From Selaginella moellendorffii (lineage: Eukaryota > Plantae > Lycopodiophyta), in assembly GCF_000143415.4 (NCBI RefSeq), contig NW_003314632.1, positions 1 through 8,408 on the forward strand: 8,408 nt of DNA, given 5' to 3'. The notes below the pieces were generated by a model. It made no database searches. It was not told the DNA's origin and worked only from the letters and a program-made list of their open reading frames with translations. Position numbers and translations under genes: made by a program. The stretch's first letter is position 1. The number at the start of each line of letters is the position of its first letter. Positions 1 to 7,936 of this stretch are shown here, one piece after another.

Positions 1-72
1 CGTCACTTACTGGAGACAGATCGCCAGGATTTCTTCTCGTTTGCTTTCTTGTCCCTCTAACAATGCACTCAA

Positions 73-402
73 AGCATTCGGTGTACAGCCCCGACGTCGC
101 ATGTCCTCTAAGAGATCCAAGGCCGCCTGGCCTTCACCGTTTCCAGCGTAGCCCACCACCAGCGCCGTCCAGGACACGACATCGTGCAGTGGCATCTTGT
201 CAAAAACTCTGCGAGCGTCTGCCGAGCTCTCACATTTGACGTAGAAATCCACCAGCGTGTTTGCGACGAAATACTCCAACTCGACACCACCTTTAGCAGC
301 TTCGGCGTGTATAGCCATTCCTCTCTCCAGTGAGCGAACTTTTCCTTCACGTTTCCCCGAAACTCGCACAGCCTCCTCTTTTGATGCCACACTTGTGCAA
401 GC
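73..402 (-). pseudogene. PLS-class pentatricopeptide repeat (PPR) gene fragment, about 2-3 motifs
   Basis: Residues 91-200 of ORF 7..672 read ACTSVASKEE...SLERGMAIHAEAAKGGVELEYFVANTLVDFYVKCESSADARRVFDKMPLHDVVSWTALVVGYAGNGEGQAALDLLEDMRRRGCTPNA. These are typical L/S/P PPR motifs (N.LVD.Y.KC, ARRVFD.M, DVVSWTAL..GY). Homology starts and stops abruptly, the usual KCG reads KCE, and there is no own start codon or E/DYW domain. Confidence 0.85.
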
Positions 403-407
403 TGAAG

Positions 408-1161
408 CTGAAGCTGGATTCGTTGCAGACATAAAGATCGAAACTAATAACACCAATGCTTCGGAGAGGGTACACATCTCCAAGCTGATCAAAGCCAGGC
501 TTGAGAACCAGGTAGATCTACACACTCGATGCAAGTCAGTAGACAACACCAAACTACATAAGAAAACCTTTGCTTTCACAATGTGCGTCGGTGCGTCTTT
601 GAGGCAGTCAGCAGCGATTCCTCCATAAGCTCCAACGAAAGCTTCGTTCCACCAAAGTACCTGGATTTCCAATTAGTTTTTGTTCTTTCGTTTGGAAAAA
701 CGATGATAGGTACCTCGTGACAACGACCATAACTCCATCCACACCAGAATTTCCTCTGGCAGCCTAGATTGGCCGTCCTGCCGTTCCTCCAGGCTCTCCA
801 CCATCGCTAAAACGATAGCGTTCTTTGATCTAAGCTGGAAGAAAATGAAACATTCAAGCAAAGAAGGCGAAATAAATGAACCACCTTGTAAGCCCAGCAC
901 TCGTGAGTTGCCCGTGGATCCAAGACCTTGCAAACAAAGGAATGAGCTAAGATCGCGATTTTCTTCTTTGCAAACTAGAGCTGGGAGAGAAATGCCAATG
1001 CGCCTTGTTCATCGTCCACTGTCCAGAGCGGCCGTGGCGATGAACTTACTTCGTTTCATCTCGCCATCGCTCCAAGATTTCGCTCCTCCCTGGCGACTGA
1101 AATGCATATACATTGGCGCCAGCGCCGCCGTCCTTCCATCGATTGGCGATCTAGCAAGCAT
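408..1161 (-). pseudogene. IMPACT/YigZ (UPF0029) family gene remnant, multi-exon
   Basis: Manual spliced translation. Exon 1161-981: M...EMKRSKFIATAA, frameshift, VDDEQGALAFLSQ. Exon 926-885: VLDPRATHECWAYK. Exon 834-714: RYRFSDGGEPGGTAGRPI*AARGNSGVDGVMVVVTR. Exon 660-568: YFGGTKL, deletion, VGAYGGIAADCLKDAPTHIVKAK. Exon 517-464: IYLVLKPGFDQLGDVYPL. These match the family motifs K.SKF, ATH.CWAY, DDGEP.GTAG.P and VV.RYFGG.KLG.GGL.RAY. Introns are 50-54 nt. Lesions: TAG at 766-764, frameshifts, GTGG motif deleted, and donors at 980 and 463 are not GT. Confidence 0.88.
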
Positions 1162-1176
1162 CGCTCCCAGCTATAA

Positions 1177-1185
1177 AAACCCTAG
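1177..1185. promoter_or_regulatory. Telo-box (AAACCCTAG) in the leader of the IMPACT-like remnant
   Basis: AAACCCTAG at 1177-1185 lies about 15 nt upstream of the minus-strand ATG at 1161. Telo-boxes are common in leaders of plant translation-related genes. The motif is short and could be chance. Confidence 0.35.
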
Positions 1186-1269
1186 ACGAGGAATCCAAGC
1201 AGAAGCGCGATCAGGATAGAAAAAAAAAGAAAAAACTTCCATGCTTGTTGTAAAATTTATTAATCATCA

Positions 1270-1658
1270 TCCTTCTAAATTTAAAAGAGCAAGGGCAACA
1301 TATTCAATTGAGATTCTTTTTGAGCTTAATGGTGGAGATGAAGACACGTGGGAAAAACAGTTGAGAGTGGAATGTTCTTTTTTTTAGAATAAACCAGTTA
1401 TTTCGATGGTAAACTTGTTTTTTCAAGCATTTTTCCTGATTGATGAGAGCAGCGAATGTGCAAATGTGGTGAAATGCTGAATTACATAAGAGCTCCTGGA
1501 AAAATGCTTTGAAAAAACAGGTTTACCATCGAAAAAACTGGTTTACCCTAAAAAAAAAAAAACGTTACTGTTTTTCCCATCTGTCTTTATCTCCACCATT
1601 AAACCTGAAAAGAATTTCAATTGAATATGTTGCCCTTGCTCTTTTAAATATAGAAGGA
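1270..1658. repeat. Long inverted repeat (fold-back 1): arms ~1270-1437 and ~1498-1658, loop about 60 nt
   Basis: 1270-1360 (tccttctaaatttaaaagagcaagggcaacatattcaattgag...gtgggaaaaacag) is the reverse complement of 1568-1658 with scattered mismatches. 1391-1436 (aaaccagttatttcgatggtaaacttgttttttcaagcatttttcc) pairs with 1498-1544. Confidence 0.95.
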
Positions 1659-2741
1659 CTAGCAGAAACCCCAGCTCTGCTAGGAGATATAACATACCCA
1701 ATATAAATAAATCTTCTTTTCTATCTTTACAATGTTAGAAATTTTGATTGTATACAAGGTTAAATTTATCTAAGTTTTGCTACTATTCATCTCAAAAAAA
1801 ATGCATAATAATGCAATTAGATAATAATGCAAGTGTTGGGGAAGATAAGATCATTTTTAATCATCATTAAATTTGAATTTGAATTTTTTATTGCCTTTAT
1901 GGAAAGGTACCAAACCCTAAACACATAAACAAGATTGCTGCCATACTTTAAAAGCAATTAAATTTTCACAAAACTGAAGAACTATAGACTACCAAAAAAT
2001 AATAGGTTAGTTTGGAGAAATTATAAGTTTGATTGCATACTGGGCTAAATTTTTTTATCTGAACTGTAATCATGCCTCTAACTTTCATAGTTTACTAAAG
2101 AATAATAGAACCTTTATTATATGTCTGGTTTTACATTTAAAAATATACATAATTAAATCTACCTAGATATTCACACTACATTAGAGGTGTTAAAAAGACA
2201 AAGATAATAATTATATTAAAGATATAATGTTTGTATTAAGAAAAATCTGTACTAATGCTTTATGATAAAATTATGCATTCATGTCTAATATATGACATGG
2301 TATCTAATATGCTATAAGCAATTTCATACACATACAAATATCAAATCCATTTCTTAATAATATCTCAAAAATAAGAAAAAACCCTTTTATACTATCAATT
2401 AATCTTCTTGCTCATAATCTTACTGTAGTCTATCAGCAGCTTTACATGAGTTTTATTGTTTGTCTCAATATTTATACAATGATTTATTTGCTATCTTATA
2501 TTATATTATTATTATATAAAGGTAATAAAACATAAAATTCAAATTTAATGATGATAAAAAAATGATCTTATCTTCCCCAACACTTGTATTATTGTGCATT
2601 TCTCTGGAGATGAATAGTAGCAAAATTTAGATAAATTTAACCTTGCATACAATCAAAAGTTCTAACATTGTAAAATTAGGAAAGAAGATTTATTTATCTT
2701 GGGTATGCTATATTTCCCAGTAGAGCTGGGGTCTCTATTAG
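1270..2741. mobile_element. Non-autonomous Helitron-like termini in both orientations
   Basis: Plus strand: A|TC start at 1269/1270, and a 3' end at 2716-2742 made of hairpin cccag-tagag-ctggg then gtctctaTTAG|T. Minus strand: hairpin cctagc-aga-gctggg then gtttctgCTAG ending at 1659, followed immediately by TCcttctatatttaaaagag from 1658. A TC start, a GC-rich hairpin about 11 nt from a CTRR end, an A|T insertion site and no TSD are the canonical Helitron hallmarks. There is no Rep/helicase ORF in the window. Confidence 0.65.
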
Positions 2742-2742
2742 T
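1658..2742. repeat. Long inverted repeat (fold-back 2): arms ~1658-1900 and ~2516-2742, AT-rich spacer about 615 nt
   Basis: 1658-1900 (actagcagaaaccccagctctgctaggagatataacatacccaatataaataaatcttc...caagtgttggggaagataagatcattttt...ttgcctttat) is the reverse complement of 2516-2742 (ataaaggtaataaaa...gatcttatcttccccaacacttg...cccagtagagctggggtctctattagt). There are scattered substitutions and a small ataataatgcaa duplication in the left arm (1805-1832). Confidence 0.95.
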
Positions 2743-2838
2743 ACTTTTTATTTAAAGTTGCTATTTAAAAAGTTAATGGTTTCAAAATAAAGCATAATAA
2801 TGTGTTATATTTTTGAGAATGATACAACTCCACTAAGA

Positions 2839-2892
2839 AATATAGACAATAATAATTTTAATAATAATATAGACAATAACAATTTTAATATT
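2839..2892 (+). repeat. 27-bp tandem duplication
   Basis: aatatagacaataataattttaataat followed by aatatagacaataacaattttaatatt. Confidence 0.8.
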
Positions 2893-5249
2893 GATATTAG
2901 ATATTTAATAAAATATTATTATACCTCTGAAACCTTTCCAACCAGAACATTCTTTAGCAAAAGAACACATTTTATAACTCATAATGCATAAGATAACCAC
3001 TATGAAATTTAAATGATGAAGAGACAGAATACATGGGAAAGAAAAACATAGAATGAGGAAAGCTTATAGAAATAAGAGTTTAAAATATTAAATGACTGGT
3101 TTATTTGAACATCTCAAGAAATGGTTTTAGGCTGAAAAGTAATAGAACAGCTCCCAATTGAATACCCATGAAAGAAGCAGCAAAAATGTACCATTATGAA
3201 TTAGATTGAGGTTATCTAAATGCAGGTTGATGTTGAGAAAAATTACATGAATCCCAAAAAGTAGATATAATACATAAAGAAATAAATAGAGGATATCTTT
3301 GAAATTACATAAATTGGCTGTATTAAAATGTAATAAGAATTGAATGTGAACACAATTAAAAGTATAAATACAAAGATGAAATATTATAAAATATAAATTA
3401 TTATTTTTATATATTATATATTATATTCTTTTAATATGAATTTCAGAACAGTAATTAATGAAGAAATTTTTCTTATGAAATAATGTATGTTTCTAGCTAA
3501 AACTAAACTGTTATTACTAAATTAGTATTTAACAGAAAAAATATTTTGCTCATTTATTTCACAATGTGCCACCTTTTACTGGTGGAGGCTCGGTCTAATA
3601 CACATTCTCATCCTCTAGGTCTCAAACTTCAACTGTTGCATGATGAAATATCACCATTGTGATCATAGATTTGTGATGCATACTTGAATGGAGTTTGGGA
3701 GCCTTTGGTATGGCAGTCTATACCTACACAAAACTTATTTCATTTTCTCAACATTGAGAGTTCTTGCTGCAGTATATGGATGGGCTCACTGCAAGTAAAA
3801 TGCAAGTCAATCATCCTACTTTTCTTCTTCTTTTGTACACTAATTCCATGTTTTTTGTTGTAGATTTTCTATCATTACAGAATTGAAAGGCAGAGAGTTT
3901 ATGGTTGCGATATTCTTGCAGTGGTCTGGGTGGGATAAAATCCTAAAATTTTGTATTATATAGCTGTTTTACAGTTTTGGAGCCGATTCAAATATCCAGT
4001 GTTTGCTCAAAATTTCCCAGCGAGGAGCACATTGGTGATGGAGCAGCTTTGTGCACTGGCCAGTGAAAAAAAGCATAGATTACAACTTTACCTTTTTCTT
4101 GTAGATCTTGCATAACATTATAACCGTTAAAACAACACATATACAGTGTTCATGTAGAGAAGAGATCACTCATGAGAGAGACTTACAGCCTACTACCACT
4201 GCCAGTAACATTCCCTTCCAACTTCTAACTTCGAAACACTAATCTAAATTCTAGAATTTGAATGTAATATGAAAATAAAATATTTTCTTTCAAGACTTAT
4301 TGTCATATAAATTCAAGAAGTACATAATTAAATTTTTTTCATGTAGATAGTGTTTTGTAATTTTACATCAAGCTTAAAATCTCTGTCATCCGATTTTTAA
4401 AATTAATTATACCTAATATTTAAATATAATAGATATCTGAATATATAAATTTTCAAGCTTATATCCCTGTTTTCTCATAATTTTTAGAAAATTGGTAGAT
4501 TGAAGGTAATATGGATATAATAAATATTTTGTATAGTGGAGGATGTGCCACAAAAGACCAAGTTCATCAATACAACATCATAATCCATGATAATGTGTAT
4601 CTTCTTTTGACAAAATATAACTCTTTTTAAATTTTAATCTATAATTAATTTCCCTCTTTATGGAGTGAATAGGTTTTAATTACTCAATCTTCGTTAAATG
4701 TAATTTGTAAGGAAAAAGTTGTCTACAAAGCTTTAAGTATGATCTTTCCAGATCTCAATGAGTCCCATTATGAATACTTTATAGACTTACATAGCAGCAA
4801 CTATTACTTTTAAAAGACAAACAATAACCTCAAGTGTTGTGAACAGATTTCCAGAACTCCACCACCCGTAAGTAGAGCTTTAGAGTATTATATGGATAAA
4901 AAGTTTCTTTGCCCAATACCTTTAGCTAACAAACACCAATAGTATCAAAATATATTCTTTACTACATATAAGGGAAGAAAACTTTTCATAAACATGTCTT
5001 TTCCATGAGAAGTGGCCAAGCAGTCATATTAGTAAGACCAGTTTATTTTGCAGCCTTCAATCTAAAGCTATAATGCTTTTGGCAAACATGGAGTACGTTG
5101 TCTGGTTGCACACACGAATCCCTACCACCAAAAGCGTTGCATCACCCTTTAGGCCTGGAAAACCTTCTAGAGAAGAACACTCAGCGTCCTTTTGACCTGG
5201 ACAACTTCCTGTTGAAGAACATACACAATGGCAAGCTTGACTTATGATT

Positions 5250-5856
5250 TCAGCACATTGCTAATCTTGAAATTGTCTGCATTAATTTTAGAAAGATGGA
5301 GGAACATGGGGTCCTGAAAATGCCATTCACAGAATCCATAGCAGTGAAGGTTATATAAAATTTAAAGAAAAAGTACTTATAATGGCAGCCTCCAAAGACA
5401 CACATAGTTGGCTGAGTTCTTAGAATCTGGTGATGCTTGCAGGCTTCTCTAAACTCAAAATAAGGGAGATCACGACCCATGAGCGAAAACACTAAAAGTG
5501 TACCTGATAGTTACTTGCTGTAATCAGCGTGAATCTCATACCTTCTTGGAAACTCTGTAAATCATAGTTTCCAGCAAGCTCCTGATGCATTGTATTGCTG
5601 TGCAAACAGGACTTAGTTAAAAAATAAATGAAGACCTTATTTTTAACAACCTTATTGTCTTGTGCCAGAAGTGAGACAAATTAAATGCTAGACTGCAACT
5701 CTTCTTGATGATGCTGCTGTTCTCAACATTTGGTCCATGGTCATAAAAGCTATGCATGTCCTCCAAAGACCTGTGATGAGAAACATTTGTGGCAATCCTG
5801 CCTTTGAGTATCTTCTTGTCTTTGAGTTTCATCCTGTTGAGGCAGTGACTTCGCTC
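5250..5856 (-). other. Unidentified putative multi-exon coding fragment
   Basis: Candidate exons 5856-5651, 5597-5542, 5491-5377 and 5313-5250 are separated by GT-AG introns of 53, 50 and 63 nt. They splice into one open frame (ERSHCLNRMKLKDKK...HFWHKTISNTMHQELAGNYDLQSFQEVFSLMGRDLPYFEFREACKHHQ...GGCHYKTPCSS...LAMC*). No family recognised. Confidence 0.35.
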
Positions 5857-5970
5857 CTTGTGATAAGTCAATAAGTGACAGGGAAAAATTAGAATAGTGG
5901 AGGCATGAGAATGCATAAGGTATCATATTGTATGAGGTACAATTCAGTAAAGTACTTTTTTCTTTTATAA

Positions 5971-6460
5971 CTACAGAAGTTTTGAAACTCTTACGGAATA
6001 GAAGTCTCGTGGTCTTGGATGTGGCAAGTAAGAAACTTTGCTGTTGGGATCCAAGGCAGTCCACCTCAAACCCCAGATAAAAGGAATAATGGCACAAATA
6101 ATAGATCTTTACCTGTAATAACGAATTAATGGACGACAATGAAGATTTGAAGCTTGGCAAGTTTGTAAGTTCGATTTCCCATCCCAAAGGGTGTGAACGT
6201 GAATGGAGATGCTCCATATTTCTAGTTAAAAATCCCAGCCAGAGTTACAGAGCATGGGTGAGAATCTCGTACCTCCCAGCTGGATTGAACTTTTCCGGAT
6301 CAGGGTGGATCCATATGTACTTGTCTTAGCAACGCTTCCAAATCACTTGAACATCACTTGAGAGAAGAAGGAGACTCACTATTAAACTCGAGGTCTAACA
6401 AGGCTCTTCTAAAGACCATTGGGGATATTTTTGCAAGTTGCAGTGTTTCATTGAGAGTAA
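5971..6460 (-). pseudogene. Cytochrome P450 3' fragment (CYP85 clan, CYP88/ent-kaurenoic acid oxidase-like), four exons
   Basis: Exon ~6460-6380: NETLQLAKISPMVFRRALLDLEFN (K-helix ExxR reads ETLQ). Exon ~6340-6273: EALLRQVHMDP/PDPEKFNP/WE (PERF region with microdeletions). Exon 6221-6113: KYGASPFTFTPFGMGNRTYKLAKLQIFIVVH*FV (heme motif FGxGxRxCxG lacking CxG, TAA at 6128-6126). Exon 6064-5971: WTALDPNSKVSYLPHPRPRDFYSVRVSKLL*. VHMDP and YLPH.RP.D are characteristic of CYP88/KAO-type proteins. Not visible in the ORF track. Confidence 0.85.
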
Positions 6461-6483
6461 CTGAGAATCAAACGAAACAAATC

Positions 6484-7899
6484 TCGCCATGTAAGATTGC
6501 AGCCTGAGCAAAGACAGGCTTGTACGAGAAGAGCAGCCCACAGAAAAGCTTCCCATCGATGGACACTTCTAATATGTATCCGTAGTTGAATACGTCGCTT
6601 ACTCTAGCCTCGAACATCTTCTCGCCTAGCAGCTGAACATGAGCTTGAAACTCTGTAGCATGAGTTTGACAGGGAAAAATTGGAGAGGTCCAAGTTTTTC
6701 TGCAGATACCTCCGTGAGATGAAACCAAGCTCTTGTCCGCATCCCGTTGCTTGTCTAGCACGAATGGCGTGGCACAATACTCTTGCCGCCTTCTCTTAAG
6801 TTCCTTACGCATGGATAGCTTTGGTTCTGATGGATCTTTCCCCCTCAGCATCTCTTCACAGAAAAATGGCAACCATATTGTCAAGAATAGCAGCAATGTC
6901 AATTAAAGAAGAAGCCAACCTGTGTCGAGGAAATACATGTCATCCAGAGCTTCAAGCTCTTCGTTACATCCCCCATAGAAGAATCATATGCCTCGCTCTG
7001 TGTCCACGGAATCTCCTGCAAGGGAGAAACGTGGAGAAGGCCCGGGACCAGAGGGATTCGAAGTCGCCCAAACACCAGTTGCTACAAAATACGTAAAAGC
7101 CCCATGAGAGACTCACGTACTTAAGTCGAGAGTATGGACGTCATTGAATAGCTTGTGATCATAGGAGAATCCTCCAAACACGACGAGATACTTTCCATGG
7201 CTGATTGTTGTGTGCCTGGCTCTTAGCATCAGCTCCGCACCAGTCGTCTTTACCTCCCGCCATGCCATTGTTTCTGGAAACGCAAATGAATTCGCAAGTT
7301 TAAAACCAGCACAATGTATGTACCTGTGTCCAGAATATAAACGTCGTTTAGATAGGCATTACCACCGTCCTCGCCACCCATGACAACGAAACAGTTCTTA
7401 TAGAAAGAGCAGGTATGGCTATCCTGAGGAATAGGCGAGACTCCAGTGGTAGAAATCTTCTTCCAGACAAAAGTATCTACAGGAAAAAAAAAGTTTAGAA
7501 GAAAACAAGGAAGATAACAGGATATTACTTGTGTTCAAAACATGGAGGTCGTTGTAGTACTACTCCTCTGAGGGATCGCTGGATTTCCCACATCGCCCAA
7601 ACACGAACAGGTTGTCACCGATGAGAGACGTGCTATGTCCTTCTCTTGGAGCAGGAACATCACCAAAAACGTAAGGTTTCCTCCAGGTGTTGGTAGCTGC
7701 ATCGGATGATAAGAACAAGAAAAAAAAATCGATAGAACTCGGAGCCTACCAGTATCCAAAACAAAGAGATCGTTGAGCGGGCTGGTTCCATCGGTACCAC
7801 CAAACACATAGAGCTTAGACCTGACGGCCGTTGAGCTGTGGCTGTCTCGAGGAGAAGGGTGTGTTCCTTGCATCACAGGCTTGCTCCAGGTGTACGTCC
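6484..7899 (-). pseudogene. Kelch-repeat (galactose oxidase/kelch beta-propeller) gene resembling Arabidopsis At1g18610, 5'-truncated with nonsense codons
   Basis: Exons: 7899-7750 (TYTWSKPVMQGTHPSPRDSHSSTAVRSKLYVFGGTDGTSPLNDLFVLDT); 7696-7529 (PAPREGHSTSLIGDNLFVFGRCGKSSDPSEE*YYNDLHVLNT); 7476-7324 (TFVWKK...DSHTCSFYKNCFVVMGGEDGGNAYLNDVYILDT); 7273-7121 (YLVVFGGFSYDHKLFNDVHTLDL); 7081-6920 (GPSPRFSLAGD...GI*FFYGGCNEELEALDDMYFLDT); 6853-6710 (KLSMRKELKRRRQE); 6652-~6484 (GEKMFEARVSDVFNYGYILEVSIDGKLFCGLLFSYKP). Stops are TAG 7562-7560 and TGA 6986-6984. The exon for the first kelch repeat is absent. Confidence 0.92.
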
Positions 7900-7936
7900 C
7901 TGCGCGATCCCACCAGAAGAGTGAAGAACCTTGATT

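Noticed and set aside
1171-1179. TATA-like ctataaaaa on the plus strand
   Set aside because: No plus-strand gene follows, only the repeat region. It overlaps the leader of the minus-strand IMPACT remnant.
257-1219. Plus-strand ORFs 257..628 and 845..1219
   Set aside because: They are antisense shadows of the minus-strand PPR and IMPACT fragments and have no recognisable motifs.
1900-2515. Extension of the fold-back 2 arms into the spacer (atagactac at ~1984 versus gtagtctat at ~2425)
   Set aside because: Only a 9-bp match in very AT-rich DNA, and I could not extend it.
1270-2742. Two independent MITE/MULE elements with long TIRs
   Set aside because: No target-site duplications are visible, the two fold-backs share a boundary base, and the ends carry TC and hairpin-CTRR signatures. 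Not fully excluded without a genome search.
1509-2991. Short ORFs 1509..1706 and 2800..2991
   Set aside because: They are low-complexity translations of inverted-repeat and tandem-repeat DNA.
5750-6329. ORFs 5750..6217 (-) and 6129..6329 (+)
   Set aside because: They are out-of-frame or antisense readings across P450 exons and introns.
6984-7562. Rescue of the in-frame stops by RNA editing or readthrough
   Set aside because: This is nuclear-type sequence. The expected residues (E, L) are not restorable by U-to-C editing, and the missing first exon and other lesions indicate a pseudogene.
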